Positions 26,786 to 41,663 are shown, counted from the first letter of the stretch. The stretch is 64,000 bases of DNA from Malacoraja senta (GCA_038087875.1 CM075990.1:16556001-16620000), one strand, 5' to 3'. Notes: generated by a model from the letters alone, not told the origin. Translations and numbers: made by a program.

Positions 26786-28824
26786 ATCTCCAGAAGAAGT
26801 GCCTTGGGACAAAATCAAAGAAAATGCGGCAAAATCTCTCACTATAATAAATCTTCTGAATTTAGAAAACATTCCTTTAAATTAGAAAACTGAGCATGTC
26901 ATTTTATCAATTCATGAAGAGAATTAAAAAAACGGAACATTAAACAGGTTAGAAAATCCCGTTTCCAAGTATATAATTAAGGATAGTTAGAGTACCTTAG
27001 AAATGCTGCAGCTGATCAGGGAAAAGCAGGATTGATGCACTTTAAAGTGTAGTAGGTAACTGATGATCCCAATTCAATGTTCCCCAAGATGTGGCCATTA
27101 ATGTCATTAAGAGATAATATCTACGGCTGTTATTCATACAGATTTCAGGTAGTCATTTGATAAAAAGTTAGATAAAAGATAAAAGGTTGTTTTCTAAAGT
27201 TGAAGCTCATGGGATCGAAAGCTATTTGTTAATAATTTAGAAAAAATAAATCACACACATAGGAGGCACCAGAGTATGATAACAGTAAGTTAGACTTGAC
27301 ATGCAATGTCCTGCATGAATATGTGGCAACTATTTACTGCATTTACAAATGACTTTGATGAGAAGATAGGAAACATATGTACCCAGCCATTGGTACAAGA
27401 CATACAATGGTGTAGGTAATACAGATGACAGTATTAACATTAATTGATTAATAGAGCAAGTAAACAGGTAAAAATATTGCAAATTAATTTCACGGAAAAA
27501 GGAGGCCATCCATATTGGACAAAACAAAGTTAGAGCAGATCACTCTTAATGGTGGGAAGTTAGAAGTGGTCTGAAGTACGTTTTGGTCCAAGTACCAGTT
27601 TAAAGCGTACCAGTGAAAACTACACATCAAGTTTTTTAATTCATTTTTTGGAATGTTGCCATCACTGGCAAGAGGATGTCCTTATTTTCGCTTTCAAGGT
27701 GAGCCAACTTCAAGACCCATTACAATTTTTCTTGAAGGCCATCCCGCAGCAAGGGAAAGAATTCCATGATTTAGACCCAGCATGATAGTAGTGTTACAGA
27801 CCATAGATTCAGGAAGTGGAGAAAATAGGTTTTCAGAAGTGCAGTTGGAGTAACAGCAGTGAAGTTTGTTGATAATACCCAATGAAGGCTCGGTCTACTG
27901 GTGGTGTGGCAGTGTGTGTTTAGGGTGGTAGAAGGAATATAATTCAAGTAACCTACTTTACCTGAATATTGTCACACTTCCAGTATTATTGAAGCTGCAC
28001 TCATTAAGGCAAGTGGAGAACTTTCCTTCACATTCTTGAATTATGCATTGTAAATTGTGAAGAGGGTGGCATGGAGGCACAGCTGGTAGAGCTATTACCT
28101 CACAGTGCCAGACACCCATGTTCGATCCTGAACTCAGGTGCTGTCTGTATGGAGCTTGCACTTTCTCCCTGTGACTGCATGGGCTTCCTCTAGTTGCTCC
28201 AGTTTCCTCCAACATCTTAAAAAAGTGCAGGGTTGTAGGTTAATTGACCTCAGTAAAGTTCCTCCAGTATGTAGGGAACTGATGAGAAAGTCGGATAACA
28301 TAATTAGTGTGAACGGGTCATGGATGGTCTCATGGAAGAAAGACTTTTGAGTGCCAAGGACCAAATCATCTGTTGGATCCAACATCCAAGTTGCCCTTGT
28401 ATGTAAAGACTGGTTTAGCCAAGTTTCTGCACGGCTGGTCTTTAAATGTGAGTAGCTCTGTATATCATATCTTAGGGAGAATAAATCGGCTTAGGAGAAA
28501 ACACATTGTCAATTCACTAGTACAGCACATGGAGAACATGGAAAAGTGCCATTTCATGTCGGGACCCGTGTTCAGTCTAAGGAAGCACTTTGATTCTTTT
28601 TTTTGTGAACCAGCATCAGCAGTTCCTCGTTTCTACATAGTGACTGACAGTGTTGTGCATAAAAGTCTGAAGCTAATAACCAGGTAGATTAAGAGATGTT
28701 GCAATATTTACTGAACTAAGGTGATCAAAAGAATGACTATACTTATATTTCACACAAATTTAGTGAAATCCCTCTCAAGCCCTGTAATACATTGTAGCAC
28801 ATTTAATCTAATTTCACACCACAC

Positions 28825-28908
28825 CTTTACATCCAGCGAGTTATCAAACTTTCTCGACAATGCAATGTCAATCAATTTCCATCGACTGCTCACATTCTTG
28901 CTTCCATC
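28825..28908 (-). CDS. PARG: PARG exon DGSKNVSSRWKLIDIALSRKFDNSLDVK
   Basis: 84 nt, ttcttcag/gtgtgg. Matches human SRWELIQTALLNKF. Confidence 0.94.
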
Positions 28909-29998
28909 CTGAAGAAAAAAAGGATTGACAATGTAAGGTGGCAGCTGGTCAGAGGCAATGTAGAAGAATTTACATAACATTATCAAATGAGAAACATTAT
29001 TCAAATGTTTATGTGTAGGAAAGAACTGCAGATAGATGCTGGTTTAAACCGGATACACTCAAAATACTGGAATAACTCAGCGGGTCAGACAGCTTCTCTG
29101 GAGAAAAGGAATAGGTAACGTTTCGGGACTCGAGCTGAAATGTCACCTATTCAAAAGTTCATCCTTTAAATCTCAAGATTTACTTGGAAACCAATTAAGT
29201 TTCTGAAAAAGAGTAATCTTTCCAATTGTAAAAGTGAACTGTGTTATCGTTAAAATATTAAGCCCTTCACTCAAATATAAATCATGTGAAAATGTCCCCA
29301 TTTCTAAAAAGCTAATGAGCCCACAAAATTATTTCTAAGTTCCTCCAGCAATTTGTTTTTGCCAATTTTGATACTAATTTTAAAGAGACACCTAGTGACA
29401 AAAGTTAAAAACTGCAATTGCAAAAAACAGACACTATAGAAATTTTTGATTTGTTTTCTATTCATGCATTTAAGTGCAAGTTAACCAACCAATTTTTAAA
29501 ATAATCTTTCAAAGTTGCTACCCTATGAGATATCCATCATTTCAAAGCCAAATACTGAAAATCTAGAAATAAAAAGAGATAAAGATAGAACTATCAAAAT
29601 AAGTCAGACCGTGTTTTTGGAGAATGAAACAGAGTACACAATCCAGGTCCTTATTCAATTAAGAAATTTAAGCAAACTAGTTCTAATTGATCTGTCTTTT
29701 CACTATAATTGCTTTGGCTTTTAAGTACGTTTCAAAAGCTGAATCACCAAGTGATACATATTATTTCAAATTAAGTTTAGGCCTCGATAGAAATCGAATG
29801 AACAGCACATTGCCACTTGTTGCATTTGAAAGATCTGTGATACTAGTTAATCAATTGTTGATACCATTGGAGGCTCAGAAAAACGATTACATTCTTGATT
29901 ATTGTTCCAATTGCAGTGCTACATCTATTCCAAGATATTGCAACTACATTCTATGGTTAAGCCTTGCCATGCTATATACATTCAAACTTGCTAACTAA

Positions 29999-30273
29999 AG
30001 GGCCTGTCTCACTTGCGCGATTTTTTCGACGACTTGCCAGCACCCGTCATAGTCGCAGCAGGTCGCCGAAAAATTTCAAAATGTTGAAAATCCAAAAAGG
30101 TACGACTCTTTGGGCGACTACTCACCACCAAACAGGCGTCACCCCGGTTGCCCAAAGAGTCATACCTTTTTCTGGTCGCCGCTGGATTTTCAACATTTTG
30201 AAAATTTTCGTCAACCTGCTGCGACTATGACGGGCAAGTCGCCGAAAAAAATCGCATAAGTGCGACAGGCCCT
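29999..30273. mobile_element. PIF/Harbinger-type MITE, palindromic over its full length
   Basis: AGGGCCTGTCTCACTT..AAGTGCGACAGGCCCT flanked by TAA/TAA. Confidence 0.85.
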
Positions 30274-30370
30274 TAACTGGTTACCATTTCAGGAAGCTGA
30301 TACTACACATGATTAAAAACGTGCAAACGTGAAAATTGGCCACAAATGAATTCAATAACCAACAATACTA

Positions 30371-30628
<258 letters not shown>

Positions 30629-31083
30629 TTACATCTAATGAAATGCAAAATTGATTTTTTCTGTCTTTAAATATTAGGAGGCAGCACACTTAAGCAATTT
30701 AGAAACAGGCTTTAAAAAAAATAGGGAAAAGGTGTCATGACAGTTTCTAATTTATGGATTATAATTTACTATGAAGTATTTTCAGCTTGTAGGTGTTTAG
30801 ATTCACAATTAAATTTAGAAAATAAGGTTAATTTTGTTAGATTTATACAATCTATTTAGAAATGAGTGCCATTCATCTTTTTTTTAGGATTTCATCCCAA
30901 AACATTTTAAAATGTGGCTGATGAGTTATTATTATAGGTCAGCACTGTCACAAAGCCTCAATATACCCCGTGGTTTGATTAGATAAGGAATAGCGAAGTT
31001 TGTATTGCTGCTTAATAAATAATGAATGGATTTTGTCATATTTTCAGAAAAATTGTATATTGCTTGGATAAAGACCAACTTAC

Positions 31084-31243
31084 TCGGATGGTTACTGAAT
31101 GGTTGCTAGATGTTCTTAGTGCTGGCAAAGTGCCACTGCAATCTGGCATTCTTCTCATCTCACAGATTGGAGTTCCAAGCCATTTAACATCTGTGGTAAA
31201 CCTTCCATGAGACAGCCTCTTATCTTCCAAGCAATTTCCTCTT
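31084..31243 (-). CDS. PARG: PARG exon (..[34 protein letters not shown])
   Basis: Matches human KWLGTPIEEMRRMP..NHTVTIR. ttttttag acceptor and gtaagt donor; phases agree. Confidence 0.96.
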
Positions 31244-34200
31244 CTAAAAAAAATTTAAACATTTGTTAGCGTAACCAGACAATAACCTACATCAGAAATT
31301 CAGTCACTAAATTGTATATAATCCAACATTCCATACAAATCAGAAAATGAAGATAATAAACTTAGCTTACAGCACTTGCTTTCTGTGAAGATTATTAATT
31401 GCAAAGCTCAACAGCATAACCTTGCAGGGGAGCAAACAAATAATCCTTCATATTTACCTTTACAATGAAATCAAAATTTCAAAGAAAAGATGCAGTTAAT
31501 GTAAATAGTATACCAGATTCTGCTATTCTATAACAGGCTCGACGATGTACAGACGACCACTGTGTAACTAGGTGGGAGAGGGCAGGGTAAGGGTTTGCAT
31601 TGACATTTTGCACAACATTAAGCCACACCGCCTGTACATGTGTGAAGAAACAGTTGTTGCCAAAATTAATATATTTACTTGCCCCTTACCCCTTCCCACA
31701 TAAATTCCATGAGAGCGATTGCTAGGGTGACAAATTGTGAATTCTATCAGAGTAAATTTCCATTACCCAAACGGTTGCAACGTGGATTGGGTGATAGTGG
31801 TATGGAGTGATGATTGGGGAGCACCTGTACAGCATGCGATTTCAGTCAGAAAGATTAGAGCTGCATGTAACAATAACCACACATGCAGATAAGGCAACCC
31901 AAAATTTCAGGAATAGTACTGAGGACAAATTCACAGAGCATTTATGAGAGTTGTTTTTTATTTCAACACAAGCATGGAATCTATAAGGGAACAAACTATT
32001 TTAGACCCAGCATTCTGCAATGAGAAAGTGTTCATGAATAATCTGCTGGTTAGGATGCATTGAGAGAAGTGTAAGCATAATATGACAGAACTTTACATAC
32101 ATAGGGAAAGCGATTTTGTACCGTCTGAAACCATAATCTTAAACCTAAAGTGCAGTAAATTACAAAAGATACTGGTACGAGTTGCCCACAGTAGATTAAA
32201 AAATATTATTAAAAGGGTATGACAGTAAATGAGCAATGGCTAACGTTTAAAGTTAAAAAGCAGTTTGACGCACATATTCATCCTTTCAGTCACAAAAACC
32301 CGCGAGGAAAAGTGTTCTAGTTGTGACAAATAATCTAAAGGCAGATCAAACAAGGATGCTTTGACGTATTTAAAGACAATGTCTTTTTAGTACATTATTT
32401 TATGACCATAAAAAAGAATGAATGCCATAGTCAACCTAAGGCACTGTTGGCTTTAATCTTTACAAATGCTCCAATCAACGTTATTACTTATTTGCCATCC
32501 TTCTTTCTCATTCACTTATCGCCTTTGGAACTGAATGCCAAAGAAACTAGTGTCTTGACCTAAGACAAAGTCTTCCATTGGTAGTCATATTCTCCCGTAT
32601 CTGGTAAGAGTAACAGTAGTATAATGTGGACCTCTAAAGAGAATAGAGGTGTAACTAGTGAGTTAACATCCGGAAGATACTATTCACAAAAATCACAAAC
32701 CAACATAGAGATGGAAAGAAAAGGTAGGTCACATCATCATTTCACATCATTTTTGGCTCAAATGGATGACAGCACTGCTTGTCCAAGTTCTGAGCTATAC
32801 AATCAATGATATAGAACTTCTAACTTTCACCAACAGGCTTGGAGGCAGGAGATGCCGCAGATACTGGAATCTGGAGGGGAATAAAAGTTGCTGGAGGAAC
32901 TCAACGGGTCAGGCAGCATCCGCAGAGGAAAATGGACAATCGATGTTTCAGGTTGAGTCCCTTCACCTGGACTGAGAGAGTAGTGGGGAAATAGCTGTAA
33001 TGTAAGAAATGGAGGAAGAGGTGTGGGGTAAGAGTTGGCAGTGATAGGTTGATTCAGGAAACTGAGAGGTTAAGAGCAGAGAACAAATGGCTGCAGATTG
33101 TGGAATTTAATACGGAAGGAAGGTCAAGAGGAGAACTGAAGGAGTGGTAGCAGATGGGAAAAGCAAGAGGGTGAGAAGGGCGAGTAGCAAGGGGAAGGGT
33201 ATCCAGTTGGAGTATTGTGGGAATGAAGTCCAATAGGATTGGGGAAATAAAGAGTGATATTAGGGGAGAAGGGTGTGTGCGAGACGGACTGGATGGATCG
33301 GGCAAGAGAGACAGGGACAGACAGGTATGAGTTTCATGCTGTTGGATTGCAGACTAATCAAACAAACATGCAATGCTCCTACTCTAGTTTGTGCGTGGCC
33401 ACACCCTGGCAGTGGAGGCAGAGGACAGACTGTTACTTGTGGGATAGTGGCTTCTTAGACATATGTCAATCGTGTAATGTTTTAAGATCAAGTTATGACA
33501 GAAGATGCACAATGCTGCAGATGTATTAGGGGTGTTAAAAACACAAACATTCACTTACAGATTTTTCCATTTTTGCCGGCACCAGATGAACAGCCCAGAA
33601 GCAGAGGAGTGCTCCTGATTTCTATTCTTTCCATTGCTGCACATGCACATTACTGCAGCACCTCTGCAGATGTACTTTACTATCTGTCAATTACACAACA
33701 TGCTCAATTCAATGCAAATATACCTCGGAATAAGCCAGACTGCGCAGAAACCTGGAGCTCTATGACCTGTTTGAGAATCTTTTATTAATGACTTTATGAG
33801 TAATATTATGCTAATATTTCTCAGTGACATTTAAAAATACCCTGACCAAGGGGTTCCAGCAAAAAGTACATATGAATAGTGCTAAGTTAAAGATTTATTT
33901 GAAATAAAATGGCTAAAAAAACATTTAGTACAAAAGTAATTGAAAGATTAACATTCAATTGATTAACTTAAGATTAATTTAAAAATAGGGTGAAATACTC
34001 TAGAAGCTGTCTGCAGAGTCGGTATGCTGAAGTTCTATTGCCAAATAGGGAGTGTTGCTAGTGTAGTCTCTTCAAACTCATTGTAAGCATTGACACAAGA
34101 GCCAATATCATGCTGACAAATGGCATGAGTTAGTGGGAACCCAGCACCGGTTTGTTACAAATAAGGTTGATTCTTCCATTTTTAAAGTACCGATATCAAA

Positions 34201-36340
34201 TTGCTTTAGGATGGTAATCTCTGGTTAATGTGCTAACTGTTTACTATCAACTTGGATGTTTTAATAATGAAATACAATAACTTTAAAATATTGTGTAGGA
34301 AGGAACTGCAGATGCTGGTTTAAACCGAGATAGACACAAAATGCTGGAGTAACTCAGCGAGACAGGCAGCATCTCTGGAGAGAAGGAATGGGTGATGTTT
34401 CGGGTCGAGACCTTTCTTCAGACTCGACCCGAAATGTCACCCATTCCTTCTCTCCTGAGATACTGCCTGACCCGCTGAGTTACTCCAGCATCTTTAACAT
34501 CTTTTCTGATTAAAACTTGGCCTTTAAACACACTGATTTATCCCATTTCATTTTCTCTTTCAAGCTTTCAATTCATGCATAAACTCAGAAGTCTAGTTGC
34601 CTTTTTTTGCCAATTTTGTTCGTAAGTGAATGGACTTTGGCAAGGGTATAGTTCATGGGCACTCAAATACTTTGTCCAAGTGACCATTATTGTAAGAGTA
34701 TACACAATGAGTAATCATAGGCTCTTTATTTACACTACAGTCAAAATCAATATTCAATCTCACCCAACTGGTACACCTTCTAGCAAGGATGATGCATAGC
34801 AATTCCTTACCAACTGGTAAGAAGAACTTTGCCTGACTTACTTTGTTCCCAAGAGGACATTTTCCCCAAAGAGTGAGGTAGGTCGGCATTGGGAATCAGA
34901 TAATAATACTTTTGTTATCTTTGTTAACTTAATTGTATTAAGATGCAAGGACTAGCAGGCAAACCATTACGGATGAGTAAATTTCATATATTTATAATAT
35001 TATAAATTTCATATATTTAAAACACTAACATGGTTCATCCAAAATAGTATTAAATTTTCCTTAAAGTAAAATTATAGATTTTTGTGGGCCTTTACTTTCA
35101 GATTACTTCCAAAGTGAATCTATTAACTGAGTAATGAGCACAATTTTTTACTGAAATATATAATGCCACTAACATATCCCAGTATCACTGGTTTACAGGA
35201 ACAATGCCACAAGGAGACATAGCGGTACACAATTTTGAATCTCACCAAATTTGCAAGATATCTGAAGTAAAATTGAATTGTCATTTTAGTTTCACTTTCA
35301 CTTGTTCCAAAATGGGGAAAAAACAAAAAAAAGGAATGATCTTTATTTCACAGCTGCTGCAGGCTCCGATTTCTAATAATTTAGTTCTTCAACATGTAAC
35401 TGGAGAGAGATTTACTTTGAAGAATCCTGACCTCACTAGTTCTAGTCAGAAAGTAGTAAGATTCTTCACTGTGAACTAGTGCTGCGATGCATTTTATCAG
35501 AACCTTCTGTAATATGAGACAACTGGCACAACAATATAAAATGGCTTCTCAAAGATTTACAAAGCAATTATTTTTAAGCCTTCTTTAAAGGATTTGTAGA
35601 TGGCGCCAAATAAAAGTAGACTATTGCTATGTGTACCCTCTCTATACTGTACACCACAGGCCGACTCATCAACTCTGTAACTATCCAGTAGACTATCGTT
35701 CAACAAAACTGCAACACCCTTCATAACCAAACCAGCAGCACCATCACTACAAACCTTCATGATTGCAAAACACAATAACTACAAAGCAGCAGCATGTGGT
35801 GTCCAATTTACAGCAAGTTCAGCTAACTCATTGTGCTGCAGTGCAGCTCTCATGCCTCGCCAGTCGACAGTTCCTGCAATCTGTTCAGCAAATCAACTTC
35901 ACGCACACACAGAAGCCACCGCCCACGGTTTACTTCCTGCTTGCGTAACAGACCTGATCAACTCGGGATCTTTGCTCGGGATGACTATTACAGTTTAGAC
36001 ACCTTGTGTTTCACTCGTAACTATTTTGCAACCGTACAAATTTAAAAGCAAATGAGCTTTATTTCAGTAATATAATTTTTTTTTTAAGACATTGAATGTA
36101 GATAGACTCAAAAAAACTGTTCAGCAGGTCAGGCAGCATCTCTGGAAAAACGAAATAGGCGATGTTTTGGGTGGAGTCCCTTCCTCAATGTGTACACAAT
36201 GTGTAGAATGATATCTGCCCAACAATTCCCATATTCGGTTACACAACTCCATGTGGAGTTGCTGTGTAGCCCTGCACTGATACTCTCTCTCTTTACATTT
36301 GAATTACTGGAACAAAGAAAAGTTGAAAAACAAACATTAC

Positions 36341-37387
36341 CTCTTGTCATTTATCCTATGTGGCTTCCTGACCAGGTACTCAAAATGATCGGTGATTTTT
36401 GTAGGAACCTTTGCAGTGCCTTTCCAACTTCCAAGCTGTGAAGGGGAACTTGTCGAAGGATAAGTTTTTTGCTCCGGCTTTACTGATCCATCCTTTAAAC
36501 CACAGAATGTTTTCTGTTTTGCCTTTGGGAAGGAATCCTCACATTGACATTGCACATCCTTGTCCACCTCCATCATATCTTCATCGTTTTTATTATCAGA
36601 GTAAGGATTAACACAAAAAGATCTGTGGCACGGAGAAGCGTCCTCAAAACCTTCTGAAACTTTGGCTGTAAAACACGCAGGTTCAGTGTCTGATTCGTGA
36701 GGGCTATTACCAGCAAAGTCAAAGTGCGCGGGAAAGATGGACTTGGTCTCTTTCTTAGCAGTGAGCCAATCTCCTGAATTTTCCTTCCCATGGTCTTGTT
36801 TTTCACCTCCACTTGTGCCAGGGGTACACTGTTCACACCCAGAATCAGAGAGCGGACTTTCAGGAACAACATAAATCTCATCCTGTGAATCTTCATTAGA
36901 GTTCATGGTCTCAAGCTCTCTCAAGTGATGCTCCTCTTGGTTTTTTTCATCAGCCTGAGTGACTACAGTGTTCCTTGAGCCTTTTGAATCAGGAGGCTTT
37001 ACCACCCATTCCACAAGTGTTTTGCATTTCTTTTTATCTGGAATAATGTTCTTAGCTTTGTCTTTAGAACCAGAGGTTTCTAAAGTGGGGTTCGGTGCTA
37101 TTTGGTTACCTCTATCATTTTCAGAGGCGTACCTGTCTACACTTTTAACTAAACAGACAGAGGACTGTTCAAACCTCTGAGCCTCCACGGCAAAGGGATT
37201 TTTCCACTTTTGTTTCTGAATCTTCTCATCAGACTCACAGCACTCTGTTGATTTGCTACTCCTAGACTCGGTGCCTGAAGAATTAACCATCCCGTCCTGT
37301 TGCATAAACTGAACTGTCCACGAATCCTTGCATCCTCTCTCAGTGTCTTCTAATCCTCCGTCTTTGCCTTGTAGTTTGTTCTCAGTG
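36341..37387 (-). CDS. PARG: PARG large exon (disordered N-terminal regulatory region)
   Basis: 1047-nt open exon, atgcag acceptor, AG|gtaatg donor. Contains QDEIYVVPESPLSD, GNSP and KITDHF, which match human PARG motifs (ORF 36337..37305). Confidence 0.93.
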
Positions 37388-38070
37388 CTGCATGATACAA
37401 CGTAGAGAAGAATGAGAAAATACTTGAAAACAAATGTGAGAAATTAGATCTTGATAAAATTACCATTTTAAATTGAACATTTTAAAAAATATTTTCTGTC
37501 TTTAGCCATTTAACCAATCTTTTTTTCAAGCTCCGGGTCTATTAACTAGGTTACAATGCTTTATTCAATCATCAACTCATTTTCATCCTGACTAAATTTC
37601 ATCAATTGCAGTGGGAATTTTGAGAGTCAACTACAGGTGGCATGGCATAGGGTTGATATCATGAGTGATTTTGTTAAGGTTTATTATAACATCCTAGGAC
37701 CATTCCACTGCAGCCCACTCAGTCCTTTGAGCCAATTCCTTCATTAAACATGATCTTTTAACTAAACACCAATTCCTTGTCCTCCCACATCAGTTGCTTG
37801 CTTTAACTTCTATAAATCCATGTCTGTTCTGAACATAACCACTGATTACTAATCCACTAGCACCCGAGGCATTGTACCCATGGCTCAGTTGGAAATAAAA
37901 CTTTAACCTGGTTCAGTTCTTTTCACTAATTGTCTCTCATACTGTCTTGTGTTAATATTTTTCCATTTTCTGAAAACAGTATGCTATCAAGACAATGTTA
38001 TCATTGGGAAGGGAAGCAGCGGATTTTCGGATCTGTTATGCTCTCTGTGATTTCTGTTGAACGGGCTCAT

Positions 38071-38100
38071 GCCTGGTCAATACTTGGACGGGAGACCACC
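38071..38100 (+). pseudogene. 5S rRNA-derived fragment (box C region), probably a relic of an old 5S-headed SINE
   Basis: GCCTGGTCAATACTTGGACGGGAGACCACC matches 5S GCCTGGTTAGTACTTGGATGGGAGACCGCC at 26 of 30 positions; flanks do not match 5S. Confidence 0.55.
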
Positions 38101-39455
38101 AGGTTCGGTGGTAGTTGTTGCCTGAGAAAACACAATCCAAATCAGCAGACAACATTGATATTGAAAAAGGTTTTGTGGTCCTACGGCTAAAAATAAAATG
38201 ACTGGGTCAGAGAATGGCTAGATTGTGAATCTTTAAGCAGGAATTCATTGTTGTACCAAATACTGGGTAAAAATGCCTGCAACACAAACGAGACATGCTA
38301 TATTATACCTGGCTTGGTCCATCCTTAAATCTTTACTTTTCTCTGTGGTCAAATCTGCACACTTTTCGTCGTAACCTGCAAGAATTCAAAACCTATATCA
38401 ATACACATTTCATTATTTCAAACATAAAATCAGAAACCCCTGTTGCATTTTACCGCTATTGTCCGAGCTTCTGGCACAATACCTAACAGAATAGCCATAA
38501 CTTTCAAAAACGTGGATTTTGTTTTCCACTGACGGTATTTTTTTATATTTCCAATTAACTCCACAGAAGCTGTTCCCTTATGTTTCTGCATCATCAACAA
38601 GAGGTACTGCACCCTTCTAAGTAACAAATTGTCAAACATTCCCCGAAATCAAAGAACACAAGAAAAAATATGTTCTTATTCATTGAGCTCATTAGGTTCA
38701 ATCATCCTGAGCAGGAAAGATTCTTGACCTACAGAACAAGCTGCAAAATGCTTCCGACACAAGTTCATTCAAAAACGAAAGAGTTTGAAATGCAAATCTG
38801 CACATCCTTTATCTTTTTAAAGCCACAGATCCTGAATATCTGACTGGCTTGGATGGCTTCATCAATGGCAGAGCAAGCAACTTTTATCCGGTCACATTAA
38901 GCCAAATGACATTGAATAATTTTTTTATGTCAAAAATATAGGGTTTGATTTAAGAATGGAAAAGAGACCAGACCATAGTTGGAAAGAGTAAGATTTGGGG
39001 GTTTTCATCACCTGAGCCCAATTGGGAGCGCACATATACCTCGAGAATAGCCAGTAATAATTAGTAATATTATAGATAATAAAAACTAATTTCCATAAAG
39101 AGCTCAGATAATGATCTTATTTGAAGAGCAACCATCTTTCCTGCACATGCTGTATAGTTAGGTGACAAGAACACATTACACCAGCAAAACAGTGTTTTGT
39201 AGCGCAGATGGTGTTTGGTTGCAACCAGTCGAAATGTTAATATTATGTAATTAATTATTGATATTGCATGTGTAACTTTCCCAACTGCTCAGTATATTTA
39301 TTGTCACTGAAGCACATGGCAGGAATAGCCTCTGATTCCCTGATATTAATTGGATACAGCAACCCCTGTCTGGACAGTTCTAGAAAATTGATCCAAGTGT
39401 GCATCCTGAGCACGATTCAGCATCTCTCAAAAGAAACGCATTAAATAAAAATAAC

Positions 39456-39492
39456 CACGTGGTGAAATATCCTGTGGTATTTTGTTTTACAC
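39456..39492 (-). CDS. PARG: Candidate small PARG coding exon 2 (GVKQNTTGYFTT..)
   Basis: ttttgcag acceptor. Phase 1 in and phase 2 out bridges the flanking exons. Loose resemblance to human VFKQKTITSW. The donor (gttatt) is weak. Confidence 0.3.
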
Positions 39493-40126
39493 CTGCAAAA
39501 TAGGTGCTCAGAAGGGACACAAATATATCGACAGAACTTCAACCCGAAAAGGTGACAAATATTAATGGAGGGAATGAAAATAAGTTTTTAAAGACCCAAG
39601 GCTCAGTAGTACTGATCAGCTGTTGGACATTTTGGTAAATGTTTCAATGATACAAATTTCTTGCTATCCCATTATAATTTGTTAAAGGATTGCTTTCAAA
39701 AGTAATTTTCGACTCCACAATGTGCAGAAATAAAATCTGTAACCAAAACTGTTTTATGGCATGAAATAATCTGCAGAAAATACTGCAACATTTATTGGAA
39801 ATAATTTGCAATGAACAATCACACTGCATGGAAGCAGCCAACATGGACATAACGCAGCACATGAAACTGCATGCACATAAACTGCAACAAATGCTGTCAC
39901 ATTGCAAGGAATAACTTGTGCCTAATTGTGTGAAATGAACTCCCTGCAAACATTACCCAATTTGCAGTGAATGCTGGTGTTGCGTTTATGATTTGTATTG
40001 TGTTGTGGTGAAATGGTGTGTACGTGGAAACAATGGAAGTACAAACGTTGCTGCATGAAGATTGCAATATGCTGACAGGTTGCATGGAAATAATCCGCCT
40101 TTGCTCCCACTCGCCCTAGTCGCATT

Positions 40127-40990
40127 AGAGTCCCCCTAGTCCTTACCTTCTACCCCATCTGCCGTCGCAGACAACATATAATCCTCCGAAATTTCCACCA
40201 CCCCCAACGGGATCCCACCACAAGCCACATTTTCTCACCTCCGCCTCTTTCCGCCGAGACCGTTCCCTCTGCAACTCCCTGGTTAACTCATCCCTTCCCA
40301 CCAAAACCACCCCCTCCCCAGCAACCACAGAAGATGCAACACCTGTCGCGATACCTCCTCCCTCAACTCTGTCCAGGGACCCCGACAGTCATTTCAGGTT
40401 GGGCAGAGGTTCACTTGCACCTCCTCCAACCTCATCTACTGTATCGTTGTTCAAGATGTGGGCTCATACATCGGCGAAACTAAAACACAGGCTGGGCGAT
40501 CGTTTCGCGGAATGTCTTCGCTCAGCCCGTCTGAACCAACTTGATCTCCCGGTTGCTGGATACTTTAATTCTCCTTCCCATTCCTAAACAGACGTTCCTC
40601 AGTCTCCTCCATTGTCAGAGTGAGGCTAAATGCAAATTGGAGGAATAGCATCTCATATTTCACTTGGGCAGCTTACAGCTCAGTGGTATGAATATTGATT
40701 TCTCTCACTTCAGGTAGCCCCGGCATTCCCTCTCTCTATATCGCTCCCCCACCAGGGTCGCATTAGCTTCTCTTTTTCACCCTACAAACAGCTAACAATG
40801 GCAGTTTCCTTTATCATGTTACTTTTTTGCGTATCTTTCATTCATTGTTCTTTATCTCTCCACATCACCATCTATATCTCTCGTTTCCCTTATCCCTAAC
40901 CAGTCTGAAGAAGGGTCTCGACCCAAAACGTCACCCATTATTTCTCTCCAGAGATGCTGCCTGTGAGTTACTATAGCTTTTTGTGCCTAT
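40127..40990 (+). mobile_element. Penelope-like element 3' fragment (GIY-YIG remnant and terminal repeat)
   Basis: Similar to 25960-26780; HRLGDRFAE motif; degenerate hammerhead core at 40905-40932. Confidence 0.8.
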
Positions 40991-41009
40991 CTTCGAAATA
41001 ACCAGGAGC

Positions 41010-41504
41010 TGTGTGTGTTGTGTTTATGGTGTATGTTGTGTTTATTGTGTGTGTGTGTTTATTGTGTGTGTGTGTTTATTGTGTGTGTGGTGTTTATTGT
41101 GTGTGTGGTGTTTATTGTGGGTGGTGTGTTTATTGTGTGTGTGTGTGTGTGTATATTGTCGGTGTGGTGTGTGTATATTGCCAGTGTGGTGTGTGTGTGT
41201 GTGAATGGTGTGCATGTATATTGTGTGTGCATTCTGTCGGTGTGGTATGTGAATAGAGTATGTGTGTATATTGTCGATGTGGTGTGTGTGAATACAGTGT
41301 GTGTGTGTGCATATAGTGTGTGTGTGTATTATGTTTATATATTGTGTGTGTCTATTGTCGATGTGTAGTGTGTGTATTGTGTGTATATATGTGTATGTAT
41401 ATTGTGTGTGTGTATATATATTGTGTGTGTGTATATATATATTGTGTGTGTGTATATATATATTGTGTGTATTGTGTGCGTGTGTATATAGGGTGTGTAT
41501 GTAT

Positions 41505-41547
<43 letters not shown>

Positions 41548-41632
41548 TGTGTGCATTGTGTGCGTGTGTATATAGGGTGCGTGTGTATATAGGGTGTGTA
41601 TGTATATTGTGTGTGTATGTATATTGTGTGTG
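41010..41632. repeat. Complex (TG)n/(TA)n microsatellite
   Basis: About 620 bp of TG/TA dinucleotide runs. Confidence 0.97.
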
Positions 41633-41663
41633 CACCAAGGCCGGGCACTGCCTGGTTACAGAC

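Noticed and set aside
38040..38130. Functional 5S rRNA gene
   Set aside because: Only about 30 nt match; no 5' half or terminator.
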